In this document: piece after piece, positions 50,669 through 60,010 of the stretch | Position numbering within the stretch: the first letter of the stretch is position 1 | How the letters are laid out: the number at the start of each line of letters is the position of its first letter | Assembly (NCBI GenBank): GCA_022711115.1 | Contig: JAKLFP010000001.1 | Span: forward strand, 261,183 to 325,182 | Direction: 5' to 3' | From: Candidatus Omnitrophota bacterium | GTDB taxonomy: Bacteria > Omnitrophota > Omnitrophia > Omnitrophales > Aquincolibacteriaceae | DNA: 64,000 nucleotides | Made by a program: the position numbers and the translations under genes | Notes under the pieces: generated by a model | Told to the model about the DNA's origin: nothing | What the model saw: only the letters and a program-made list of their open reading frames with translations | The model's database searches: none

Positions 50669-52273
50669 TTAGCCTACAAGCGAGAATGGAACGAATAAAC
50701 TTATTTCATCGAAAATCTTCTGCAACGCGGCTTGAATTTTCGCAATATTGTTGGTGTCTTTAATATGATAATGCTCCTCAAGCCCCGAATATTGCGCGAT
50801 CAGGTCAAACAGCAGCTTCGTTGTCTTCTGCTGTTGTGTTGATCCGCCAAGATCCCCGAAAGTGATCGGGTAAACACGGATATTCTGTTCGATCGCCTTC
50901 GTTGCCTGCGCAAGGGTATAATTCCGGGCTAACGCCAATTCCGCCGCCGTTGCTTCCGATCCAAAACATTCGACTGCGCCACCGGGTGTTTTGGGTGCGC
51001 AGTTAGGCAATCCGTCCGTAAACACAATAATGACCGAAATGCTTCTCGAGGAAGTAGCGCTGCTGGTAATACCGCCGGCCGCGGTAAGGATCGCATCTCC
51101 GATATTGGTGTTTCCGTGGGGAATCGCAATAGGGCCGAGAAATTGTTCTATCGCCGGATCATAAGCTGCTGTGCCGTTATACTTATAGACAGGATTGGTG
51201 ACAACGGTCGCATCAGGAAGAGTAATAGGATCGGCCCGAATAAGGTTATGATAAAGCTCGCTATTGTTGAAAAGCGGCGTAAAAACGTTGTTTATATTGT
51301 CCTCCGTGACCGGGATCAGCGCAGGCCCCGACAATTTTTGGGTAACATGGCTTGCAAAATAATAAACCCCCGCCATATCCCCCAGATCACTCTCAGCGAT
51401 CAAGCCTTCCAAAAAATCAAGCGATGAATTCAGAACCACTTGTAAAGGCTGCGGGTATAAGGGAGGATTCGGTGCCGGAGCTAAAGGGCTAAAAAGCATC
51501 GGAAAGGACGTGCTAAAAGTCGGACGGCTGATAAAACTCTCCGTCTGCGGCCACACAGGATTGGGGGCGGTTATTTTGCCTGTACCATCCATCGTGGTCG
51601 TTCGAGGATAGCTGATATCATCCATGGAACCGGAATTGTCGATGACGAGCGCGAAATTGCGCGGGCTGAGCGAAGAAACGGAATTACGCGAAAAAGAAAG
51701 GCTTGCCACCCCGCAAATGTTCCCGAAAAAAGTCTGCACAGCGCCCCCTCCCATGCGAGTGACATGCACACGAAACGCCGTAATATCATGCAGCCCGATG
51801 CCTCCGCCCAGTAAATCTGCTGTCCGATCCGTAAACAACAGATTATGGGGATGGCCCGGCTTTTCATGGTAGGGATTCGTGTTGGTTAAATCAAACGTAC
51901 CGAATTGAAGCGAGATGGTCATGTCGGGATTATTACTAAGAACCTTGCTTTTGGCCATGACAGCCTCAGTGGTATCTTGCGTTCTCTTTCTGATTTTTTT
52001 GATGACGGTGAGATCACTTAGATTCTGCCCCGCTTTGGCCGCAGCGCGCATCTCGGTAAGAAAACTGGCCGCGGCAGTTAAGGCTCCCGAATCCGCTATG
52101 GATTTTAATTCCGTGGAAACGACCATGACGGCAGAGAGATCCACAGCAAGGGCCGCAAGCCCCAGTGCCGCCACCATCATCGCAATGCTATAAACCAAAA
52201 GCATTCCTTTAGCATTCTTTAAAACAAAAAATAATCTAGATATCGTAGAAATTGATCCTGTTTTGCGTTTCAT
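50669..52273 (-). CDS. TadG-like pilus-associated protein with vWA domain
   Basis: TadE/G-like N-terminal hydrophobic segment (LLVYSIAMMVAALGLAALAVDLS). vWA MIDAS motif VIDNSGSMDD. Confidence 0.65.
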   Translation of the reverse strand: MKRKTGSISTISRLFFVLKNAKGMLLVYSIAMMVAALGLAALAVDLSAVMVVSTELKSIADSGALTAAASFLTEMRAAAKAGQNLSDLTVIKKIRKRTQDTTEAVMAKSKVLSNNPDMTISLQFGTFDLTNTNPYHEKPGHPHNLLFTDRTADLLGGGIGLHDITAFRVHVTRMGGGAVQTFFGNICGVASLSFSRNSVSSLSPRNFALVIDNSGSMDDISYPRTTTMDGTGKITAPNPVWPQTESFISRPTFSTSFPMLFSPLAPAPNPPLYPQPLQVVLNSSLDFLEGLIAESDLGDMAGVYYFASHVTQKLSGPALIPVTEDNINNVFTPLFNNSELYHNLIRADPITLPDATVVTNPVYKYNGTAAYDPAIEQFLGPIAIPHGNTNIGDAILTAAGGITSSATSSRSISVIIVFTDGLPNCAPKTPGGAVECFGSEATAAELALARNYTLAQATKAIEQNIRVYPITFGDLGGSTQQQKTTKLLFDLIAQYSGLEEHYHIKDTNNIAKIQAALQKIFDEISLFVPFSLVG

Positions 52274-54158
52274 TGCCTGTGCCCTGCCCTTCCCCAACAA
52301 CCTCTTTTTGGATTCTTTCCTTGGCCTTCTTGGCCTTTTCTTTCTCCAGCTCTTCAGCTTTCCTGGCCTCTTTTTTCTTTCGTTCTTCGGTTTTCTTAAT
52401 CTCTTTCTTTGCCCGTTCTTCGGCTTTCTTAACCTCTTTCTTGGCGCGTTCTTCTGCTTTTTTGGCTTCTTTCGCCGCCTTTGCCGCGGCTTTTTTATCT
52501 TTTTCCGTTAAACGTCTGGCATCCTTATCCTCAAATTCCTTTGCCAGCGCTTTCTTGTAAGCGAGTGCGTCCGCTTTTTCAGCAGCCTTCCTGTCACGTA
52601 ATTCCTGCTGGGCTTTCAGATATTCCTGGCGCAATTCATCACGTTTGATTGTGCGGTCCGAAATACCTAATCCGGATTTGCGTTCATTTTCATAACGCGT
52701 GAGATATTCTTCCATAGCCAATGCCTTTGCGATCTCGAAGGGCGGCTCCGGAATTTCATTCATAGTAAACAACGGGTCCTCTCTCTTTAGGTCTCTGAGA
52801 TCAAAACTTTCCTTTTGGAGATCCACGATATGCGGCGTAATAAAGATCACCAGCTCAACGCTCGCGTGTTCGCTCGATTTGCTTGAGAAAAGCTTGCCGA
52901 GCAAAGGAATCTTCCGAAAACCGGGCACTCCGGAATCTGTATTGGTATTTCGATCCGCAATAATTCCGCCGATCACAAACGTTGTATCGTTATTGATTTC
53001 AACTACCGTATTGGCCTTCCGGCTGGTAATCGCGGGAATATTAAACCCGTTAGCGATAATACCATTCGCCTGGTCCAGTTCGCTGATCTCGGTTTGAAGA
53101 TCAAAACGGATCCTGTTGTTGTCTAAAATAGAGGGCGTATAAGTCAGCTTGGTACCGTATTCTTTATAAGTGACGTCCGTGGTATTGGAAGTCACCTGCG
53201 GGATAGGAAATTCTCCTCCGACAAGGAGATGGGCTTTGGAGCCATCCCGAACAAGAATATTCGGCTTGGCCAAAACTTTAACCCAACTTTCATTCTCAAG
53301 TAATCTGACGACCGCACCGCCCCACCAATTTTTGCTGTGATAGGAGCCCGTCCAAGTGGTTTTCGTGCCATCCTCCGGAAGAGCTAGAACAATATCTTGA
53401 TGATCGTCAGAAACCTTAGACATGACAGGCCCTAATCCACCGGGCATGAATGTCATCCCGAATTTTTCAGCAAGATACGCACCGTCAATGCTGAACTCAT
53501 TGTCCTTGGAGCGACTGATCTCAATGACCCGGATTTCCAAGAGGATCTGCTTTGCTTCATTGACTGTCACGATGCTAGCGCTGTCTTTGGAAAAGGCTTG
53601 CGACGTTTCCGCGATCTGTTTTTGCATCTCCACGGTATCGACATTGCCGCGGACCACATAACCTTTTTCGGTCGGAAAAACATCCACCTTGTTCTGCGGG
53701 GCGATCTTTGCCAAAGCCTCTTTCAAAACGGTCGGATCGCCAACGGAGGTCACATTGTACACATAGATGTCCCCGGCCTTGTCCCAAACCAGAAGGTTGG
53801 CCGCGCCTTTTGTTTTAGTGGAGATCAAGACCTCCTGCTTATTAACGACTGCGACATCTGCGACATCGGGTGCGGAAATGGCCACACGGCCCACTTCCCG
53901 GTTGAAATGAATCACATGGCTGTTCCCGCTGATGATCTGCAGGTCGCTCTTGCCGACAACTTTATTTTCACTCCACGCAGGTTCTTCGACAGCAGCCGGA
54001 AGGGACTGGGTTTCCTTGTTCTTTGAAAAAGCATCGGACGAAGGACCGGAAACCGGGACATTCTGAGGCGCGTCAGGAACGACTGCCACGCAAATCCCTG
54101 TAAAAGCGAAATTGGCGATAAGTAGAAAGATTCCAAACTTTTTAAGTAAAGTCTTCAT
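52236..54158 (-). CDS. rcpA: Flp pilus secretin RcpA/CpaC with a Lys/Glu/Ala-rich C-terminal extension
   Basis: Signal peptide, BON-like N-domains, secretin core (VVEINNDTTFVIGGII...PLLGKLFS). C-terminal KKAEERAKKE-type repeats. Confidence 0.9.
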   Translation of the reverse strand: MKTLLKKFGIFLLIANFAFTGICVAVVPDAPQNVPVSGPSSDAFSKNKETQSLPAAVEEPAWSENKVVGKSDLQIISGNSHVIHFNREVGRVAISAPDVADVAVVNKQEVLISTKTKGAANLLVWDKAGDIYVYNVTSVGDPTVLKEALAKIAPQNKVDVFPTEKGYVVRGNVDTVEMQKQIAETSQAFSKDSASIVTVNEAKQILLEIRVIEISRSKDNEFSIDGAYLAEKFGMTFMPGGLGPVMSKVSDDHQDIVLALPEDGTKTTWTGSYHSKNWWGGAVVRLLENESWVKVLAKPNILVRDGSKAHLLVGGEFPIPQVTSNTTDVTYKEYGTKLTYTPSILDNNRIRFDLQTEISELDQANGIIANGFNIPAITSRKANTVVEINNDTTFVIGGIIADRNTNTDSGVPGFRKIPLLGKLFSSKSSEHASVELVIFITPHIVDLQKESFDLRDLKREDPLFTMNEIPEPPFEIAKALAMEEYLTRYENERKSGLGISDRTIKRDELRQEYLKAQQELRDRKAAEKADALAYKKALAKEFEDKDARRLTEKDKKAAAKAAKEAKKAEERAKKEVKKAEERAKKEIKKTEERKKKEARKAEELEKEKAKKAKERIQKEVVGEGQGTGNETQNRINFYDI

Positions 54159-54928
54159 ACCTTCACCTTTTCCTTCTTAACTCCGCGATAAAGTTCGATC
54201 TCTGTTTGCTCCGGAAGTATGGGAATGATGGATGTTTGTTTCGTACCGACAATTTCATCAAGGCGCATGTAGGTGTCTTTCACGTCGCGCTCGGAAAACG
54301 GCCGTATACTGATGTCCAATTTGCCCTTTTTCATGGCATAGGCCATGATTTCCGCGCCTTCGGGCGTCACCGCCAGAGTCACAGTGACGGTTGAACCTCC
54401 TGGCATCCCTCCCGCCTGGGCCCCTGCTTGTTTCATCGGAGCCGCTTTCATCACCAGTATGTTTTTCATAATGGTCTTTGTCTCAAATTCCTTGGCGGAG
54501 GTATCCGTAAAAACAACATCCACACGTCTGCCAAATTTGAGGAGCCTCAGGGCGTCTTCTGAAATAGGCAAGCTTACCGTGGTCGCACGATAACCTTCGG
54601 GAATCATATTGGCAATATTGTCTGTTTCGTCCGCGAGATCAAAGCTCCTGATAACATTCCCCCGTTGAACGGCATTGCGAAGATTTTGTCCCACCACCGG
54701 CGCCAACTCCGTAAAGGCAGTGCTCAACTCTGTCCCTTTCGGCATCAACAGCAAACTGACATCGGTCTTTCCGATCGTATCCCCGATATCCAGATCCCGA
54801 ACGGCTGTCGCCACAAGAATGGCTTTAGGATCTTTTTTCAACTCGTTGAAGACATGGAAAATAACTCCCAGTGTCAGCAGGGCACATAGTACCGAAAGAA
54901 AAAAAATGGATCTTGAAGATAGTCTCAT
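54155..54928 (-). CDS. cpaB: Flp pilus assembly protein CpaB/RcpC
   Basis: N-terminal TM plus a SAF domain (AVRDLDIGDTIGKTDV). ATG chosen as start; the track uses a TTG two codons upstream. Confidence 0.85.
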   Translation of the reverse strand: MRLSSRSIFFLSVLCALLTLGVIFHVFNELKKDPKAILVATAVRDLDIGDTIGKTDVSLLLMPKGTELSTAFTELAPVVGQNLRNAVQRGNVIRSFDLADETDNIANMIPEGYRATTVSLPISEDALRLLKFGRRVDVVFTDTSAKEFETKTIMKNILVMKAAPMKQAGAQAGGMPGGSTVTVTLAVTPEGAEIMAYAMKKGKLDISIRPFSERDVKDTYMRLDEIVGTKQTSIIPILPEQTEIELYRGVKKEKVKV

Positions 54929-54977
54929 AGGCAACCTCTACGGTGCTCAAAGTGTTCAGGGGTTTGATGAATAAAAC

Positions 54978-56699
54978 TTATCCTTCGAATTTGCATGAAT
55001 CATCATCCGGATAAACAATACATAATTCTTCTTGACTGCAACTGCTGCGGTCTAACCGGCAAAGTTGGTTCGTCCCACAACGGGCATGATCATAGAGGCA
55101 GCAAGCGTCACTCTCTCCCCTTATCGTGCAGCGTTGTTCCAGAGTACATCCCGTGTTATATAATCGGCAGTTTTGTTCCTGAGTACAGTATGTCGCATTC
55201 AGCTGACACCGCTGATCGGGCGTACAACCGATACCGTAATACAGACATTCTTGCGTCTGTGTGCATCCAGTATGATAAATAGTACATTCCTGATCTTGAG
55301 TACATCCCGTGTGATAATACTGGCATTCCTGCGTCTGCGAGCATCCAGAGTGATAAATAGTACATTCCTGAAGCTGTGTACACCCTGTATGATTCAATCG
55401 GCAATTCTGCTCTTGGGTGCAATAGGTTGCATTCAGCTGACACCGCTGATCGGGCGTACAGCCAATATTGTGATACAGACATTCCTGCTCTTGAATACAT
55501 CCCGTGTGGTAATATTGGCATTCCTGCTCTTGAGTACATCCCGTGTGATAATACTGGCATTCCTGCGGTTGCGTGCATCCAGAGTGATAAATAGTACATT
55601 CCTGAAGCTGTGTACACCCTGTATGATTCAATCGGCAATTCTGCTCTTGGGTGCAATAGGTTGCATTCAGCTGACACCGCTGATCGGGCGTACAACCACT
55701 ATTGTAATACAGGCATTTCTGCTCCTGCGTACATCCCACATTATTCAATCGGCAGTTCTGTTCCTGAGAACATTCTTCTCCATGGATATCGCATAACTGG
55801 TCATCCGTACACCCTGTATGATAGTAGGAGCATTCCTGAAGTTGCGTGCATCCAGAGTGATAAATAGTACATTCCTGAAGCTGTGTACACCCTGTATGAT
55901 TCAATCGGCAATTCTGCTCTTGGGTGCAATACGTTGAATTAAGCTGACAACGCTGATCGGGAAGACAATTTACATTGAGAAGCAAGCATCGTTGATCCTG
56001 GGTGCATTCATTCCTTACCAAACAACATGCATCGCTTTCCCCACGGATGGTGCAAAGCTCTTCCTGGGTGCATAAGTCAGGATCGGTGGCGCATGTGCAA
56101 ATGCCCGTAAGATCGCAAAGTCTCTGAGGATCCGTCACCTCCTCCTCGCCTGGTCCTGTATCGACAGGGAGTTTTAAATTGATATTTCCGGATTCTGTGC
56201 TTTTCTCTACAAAAGCCGAAGAGCTGACCCGGGTCGTCAGGGTACTGAGTCCCCAGGAAGGCGGAAGAAAAGCGGTCGTAAAAATAGTTATTTGCCGGGA
56301 AATATTGACCTGCAGAGGATTATCCTTGATCGCCCCCGGCGTTCCGTTGACTCCGGGAACAAGAATTTCAATCCCGTTTCCAGTAGCCGGGGGAGCACTA
56401 AGTCCGCCGACCAAAGCAAGGCTGGCTGTGATACGCGCCGTACAATCATTGATCGCCGCTTGGATCGCTGCTTCCTTAGTGATCCCCAAAGGGGGAGTGT
56501 AGTTGGGATTAAGCCTAGGGTCTGTAGCAAGCATCCTCGCTTCATCGCGGGCAATATTGTTGATAGTGTTCCGGGTGGTTAACGAATGGCCTGCATCAAT
56601 AATCATAAGGCTTAAAGCAAGCAGCACAGGAATCGCCAGCACCGTTTCCACAAGCGCTTGTCCTAGTTGCCTCTTACCTCGAACCCCCCTCTGAAACAT
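54978..56699 (-). CDS. TadE-like pseudopilin fused to about 25 tandem 13-aa di-cysteine repeats
   Basis: N-terminus GQALVETVLAIPVLLALSLMIIDAGH (TadE/TadF-like). From about residue 194 to the C-terminus the protein is Cys-rich. The regular repeats are CTQEQNCRLNHTG, CTQLQECTIYHSG and CTPDQRCQLNATY. Confidence 0.7.
   Translation of the reverse strand: MFQRGVRGKRQLGQALVETVLAIPVLLALSLMIIDAGHSLTTRNTINNIARDEARMLATDPRLNPNYTPPLGITKEAAIQAAINDCTARITASLALVGGLSAPPATGNGIEILVPGVNGTPGAIKDNPLQVNISRQITIFTTAFLPPSWGLSTLTTRVSSSAFVEKSTESGNINLKLPVDTGPGEEEVTDPQRLCDLTGICTCATDPDLCTQEELCTIRGESDACCLVRNECTQDQRCLLLNVNCLPDQRCQLNSTYCTQEQNCRLNHTGCTQLQECTIYHSGCTQLQECSYYHTGCTDDQLCDIHGEECSQEQNCRLNNVGCTQEQKCLYYNSGCTPDQRCQLNATYCTQEQNCRLNHTGCTQLQECTIYHSGCTQPQECQYYHTGCTQEQECQYYHTGCIQEQECLYHNIGCTPDQRCQLNATYCTQEQNCRLNHTGCTQLQECTIYHSGCSQTQECQYYHTGCTQDQECTIYHTGCTQTQECLYYGIGCTPDQRCQLNATYCTQEQNCRLYNTGCTLEQRCTIRGESDACCLYDHARCGTNQLCRLDRSSCSQEELCIVYPDDDSCKFEG
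55090..55940. repeat. tandem 39-bp coding repeats with a higher-order unit of about 234 bp, inside the TadE-like gene
   Basis: Near-identical DNA blocks, e.g. ggtgcaataggttgcattcagctgacaccgctgatcgggcgtaca, recur at about 55420, 55650 and 55190. The reverse-strand ORFs in the track are repeat artefacts. Confidence 0.8.
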
Positions 56700-56725
56700 T
56701 TTATTCTACCTCTCATTCTCAAATT

Positions 56726-57304
56726 TTAGTCGAGCGAAGGCGCCGGCATGGGTTGGGGAAGAGGTGCAACAGAAGCCACAAACTGGGGCATGGTAATTGT
56801 CGAAGTGATCTGTCTCGCCGCCAAAGTCGGTATTAAGGAACCCCTCCCCAGAACATTACTAACCATTTGAGACACCGTTATAGTAACGAGTTTTGTGCTC
56901 TCTCCACCCTGCTTTTGCGCTGGTATAGTGCTCGTGCTGATCGTAATGGTGGGAGCGTTAGCTCCCGTCAAACCCATATTGGTCAAAATCTGGTTCATAC
57001 ATCCCAAGATGTAGGCATTGCCACCCGCTCCTTCGGGATTTTTGGTCATACTGGCAATGCGGGCCCCTTCCCGTGCCACCTGCGTCATCTCATGCAGTCT
57101 AAAGATTACCTGCGATAAATCAAAAATCCCCGCAAACATGAGGATATACATCGTGCTGCACACGAGGAGTTCCACAAGAACTTGACCGCGTGTATGATTT
57201 TTTTTCCTTCTTATAAGCACCTCTTTGACTGCCCCATTATTTTTTTCCATCTCCCCCACTAAGCCGTCTGAAATTTTACAGCAACGGCGTCCTTCCCCTC
57301 TCAT
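56726..57304 (-). CDS. TadE/TadF-like pseudopilin
   Basis: HTRGQVLVELLVCSTMYILMFAGIFDLSQV TadE-like N-terminal segment. The start is uncertain (alternative ATG at 57250). Confidence 0.65.
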   Translation of the reverse strand: MRGEGRRCCKISDGLVGEMEKNNGAVKEVLIRRKKNHTRGQVLVELLVCSTMYILMFAGIFDLSQVIFRLHEMTQVAREGARIASMTKNPEGAGGNAYILGCMNQILTNMGLTGANAPTITISTSTIPAQKQGGESTKLVTITVSQMVSNVLGRGSLIPTLAARQITSTITMPQFVASVAPLPQPMPAPSLD

Positions 57305-57427
57305 TGCGAAACACCCTCACCATGGTGTCTAAGCCTTCCTCACCTCTTGATGAGGAAGGCTTGTCGCTTTGGCAACCGTTTCAACGATCACCCCACCATG
57401 TTAAGCGACAAAAAACAACCGCGTTTT

Positions 57428-57577
57428 TTAAAAAGTCGCGGCAAGCCAGGTCGAAAGCCAGTTAAACGCAGCAGTAATTTGACCCGAAAACGCTGTTACT
57501 GCAACGATCACGACCACCGCAACCAACCCGATGATCAATAAATATTCAACTAACCCTTGCCCCTTTTGATTCTTCAT
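57428..57577 (-). CDS. flp: Flp family type IVb pilin (49 aa, not in the ORF track)
   Basis: MKNQKGQGLVEYLLIIGLVAVVVIVAVTAFSGQITAAFNWLSTWLAATF. Canonical G/xxxxEY prepilin processing motif plus a hydrophobic stem. GGGGGA RBS. Confidence 0.8.
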   Translation of the reverse strand: MKNQKGQGLVEYLLIIGLVAVVVIVAVTAFSGQITAAFNWLSTWLAATF

Positions 57578-57950
57578 TGCTTGATCCCCCTTTTTATTTT
57601 TACTTTTATTTTCATTACTTTTATTTTTATCTCTGAAGCTATTACAAATATAACCAAATGTTTTTAAAATACAAGTCTTTGCTTCAAATATTTAATAAGT
57701 GTAATCTATTATTATTACTAACTATATATATAAAAAATACTCATACCTTAGCTTGTTATAGCAAAAATATTTTTATTTTTATGAATTTTTAAAAAGTTCC
57801 TGTATTTGGCCATACATAAAAAAACAATAAATAGTTAACATCCATAACTCCTGAAAACAAGAAAGTCTTTGTCTATCCTTAAGGGAATCGACAATATTTG
57901 AAAATTATTGAGTATTTTATTGGCTAAAAATGAGGCTGGGGTTAAAAAGG
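57578..57950 (-). promoter_or_regulatory. AT-rich leader/promoter region upstream of flp
   Basis: About 370 bp, markedly AT-rich relative to the rest of the window. Contains the direct repeat TTACTTTTATTTT-cat-TTACTTTTATTTTT immediately 5' of the RBS. Confidence 0.4.
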
Positions 57951-58128
57951 TCACGTCCACAAGCCCCTTGTGGCATTTACAAGCCGTCTTTCAAAACAAA
58001 ATTTCTCTTTTCCTTTAAGGGCCACAGCCGTCGCACCATGTTCAGCTTCAGTGTAATAACGAATTGCCCTGGTGATTTGCGTAAAAGAAAGTGAATGGTT
58101 TTTGGGAGGACAGTTGCGGCTGGAAAAA

Positions 58129-59901
58129 TTAATCGTTCTCGGTGCAGACGCGGTTTTTACCGGCTCTCTTGGCTTTATAGAGAGCCTCGTCCACGCGGTG
58201 CACCATCGGGTCCGGCACATTTTCTCCGGAATGAAGTGTGGCAACGCCCAGGCTGATCGTCACCGGAATATTTTTTTCTTCCCATTCGAATTTCATTTTC
58301 TCAATTTCTGAACGAAGGCGTTCGGCTGTACACTGCGCCGCTTCTGTCAGGCCTGCCTTGCGAAGCATGATAATGAATTCCTCGCCTCCGTAGCGGGCCG
58401 CAAAATCGATTTCCCGAAAGGGACGCCGCTTGCGGATATGGCTGAGAAGGACCGAAGCTGTTTTTTTCAAAACCATGTCCCCGGCAGGATGACCATAAGT
58501 GTCGTTGATCTTTTTGAAATTATCGATATCAAAAAGGATAATCGAAAGGGGCTCCTTGCGAACACTTGCCTCACGAACAATCTGGTTCATGATCACACGA
58601 AAATGGCGGATCACGTAGAGTCCGGTGAGCCCGTCGCGGGTGGCCAGATGAAACAGATGTGTTTTTTCCCGGGCGGCCGTGATTTGGACATAGATCGCCG
58701 AAAAAACAAAAAGGCAAAAAATAAGAAGCAACGGGTAGACCCCATAAAACCAGTAATGCGCTTTATAAAAGATCAGAAAACAGAAGAGGAACCAACCGAT
58801 CCCGAGCAGAAGCCCGGAAAGAAGAGACAGGGCGCCTCTTAACAGGATGAATAAAATGGACGCCAGCAAGCCAATACCGATCAGGCAAAGGATATTCAGC
58901 CAAAAGGGTGCCGGCCGGATCCAGTGCCCGGTCATGGCGGCGTTCATGATGTCTGCATAAACGCCAAGCGCCGGATAGGAAACATCAAACGGCGTCGTTT
59001 TAAATTCCGCCTGATTTTTGGCAACAAGCCCGACCATGCATATTTTCCCCGCGATCTTTTTGGGATCAATGACAGGTTTTAGCCCATCCCGGATCGCGTA
59101 AAAACTGTGGATCAGATCCGAAGAGCTGTAGCGCGCGATCCTTTCGCCCCATCCCCCCGTCCACGGAATGATGACTTTCCCATGATGATCGCCCCAGGCA
59201 ACCCAGTCTTTGGGTAGTGGGATCCTTTTTTTGAGAAAATCATATGCGGCAGGAAGAACAAAAAACGGATAAGTCTCCGTCCCATAACTCAAAAAAGGAT
59301 TGAACCGCCTCAAAATCCCGTCGGGATCTGCGGGCAGTTCGCGATGCCCGATGGCTTGTGCGTGATCTTTTATTTTCGGAAGCGCATGAACCCATGTCAT
59401 TTTTCCCTCGCCTTGATCCAGAACCACGGGCATTCCATGGATCCAGAATTTTCTTTCCTTCTGCGGTTTCAGGTCTACGGGCAAATAAACAGGCGTTGTG
59501 ATCCGTGCAAAAACCTGCGAAAGATCCCTATCCTCTTTGGGGTCGGTGGGTTCGGAAAAATTAAAATCAAGAACGATCGCGGCCGCTTTCCATTCATCCA
59601 ATAAACGCAGCATGGCGGCATGATAACTGCGCGGCCAAGGCCACGGTCCTATCTCATCCAGCACCGTTTCGGAGATCTCAATAAGAACGATATCCCGGCT
59701 GAACTGTGTTGAATGGGCGAATTTCATGAAGGTATCCAGAACGATATGCTCCAGACGATCCAATTGATGAAATGCCAGCAGAAAAACAAAAGCGGCGATA
59801 ATGGCGAGGTAGGTTCCGAAACGAAGCCAGCCCCGATAGCGGCGGGAACGGCTGCGGCCAAATAATTTTTCGGTCGTTTCAGTCGTCTCGTGAGAATCCA
59901 T
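58129..59901 (-). CDS. CHASE2-sensor diguanylate cyclase (CHASE2-TM-GGDEF)
   Basis: Periplasmic CHASE2 (VLIEISETVLDEIGPWPWPRSYHAAMLRLL), 3 TM, GGDEF (RYGGEEFIIML). Confidence 0.85.
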   Translation of the reverse strand: MDSHETTETTEKLFGRSRSRRYRGWLRFGTYLAIIAAFVFLLAFHQLDRLEHIVLDTFMKFAHSTQFSRDIVLIEISETVLDEIGPWPWPRSYHAAMLRLLDEWKAAAIVLDFNFSEPTDPKEDRDLSQVFARITTPVYLPVDLKPQKERKFWIHGMPVVLDQGEGKMTWVHALPKIKDHAQAIGHRELPADPDGILRRFNPFLSYGTETYPFFVLPAAYDFLKKRIPLPKDWVAWGDHHGKVIIPWTGGWGERIARYSSSDLIHSFYAIRDGLKPVIDPKKIAGKICMVGLVAKNQAEFKTTPFDVSYPALGVYADIMNAAMTGHWIRPAPFWLNILCLIGIGLLASILFILLRGALSLLSGLLLGIGWFLFCFLIFYKAHYWFYGVYPLLLIFCLFVFSAIYVQITAAREKTHLFHLATRDGLTGLYVIRHFRVIMNQIVREASVRKEPLSIILFDIDNFKKINDTYGHPAGDMVLKKTASVLLSHIRKRRPFREIDFAARYGGEEFIIMLRKAGLTEAAQCTAERLRSEIEKMKFEWEEKNIPVTISLGVATLHSGENVPDPMVHRVDEALYKAKRAGKNRVCTEND

Positions 59902-60010
59902 GATCCGAAATTTTACAGTATTTTAAAGGAAAGAGCCAGCAAAGGCATTTATGCCCAAGGCGTACGGTGTCTTCGATACTGCTTTTCTTCTTTACCGAAC
60001 TCCGCAGGTC

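Noticed and set aside
55156-55867. Several 70-200-aa ORFs on the + strand (55173..55796, 55376..55594, 55610..55867, plus the minus-strand 55156..55695 alternative frame) inside the Cys-repeat region
   Set aside because: They share the same 39-bp periodicity and are frame artefacts of the tandem coding repeats of the TadE-like gene, not independent genes.
57951-58244. 97-aa ORF between flp and the CHASE2-GGDEF gene
   Set aside because: It lies in the AT-rich flp leader, overlaps the cyclase 3' end, and has no RBS or domain signal.
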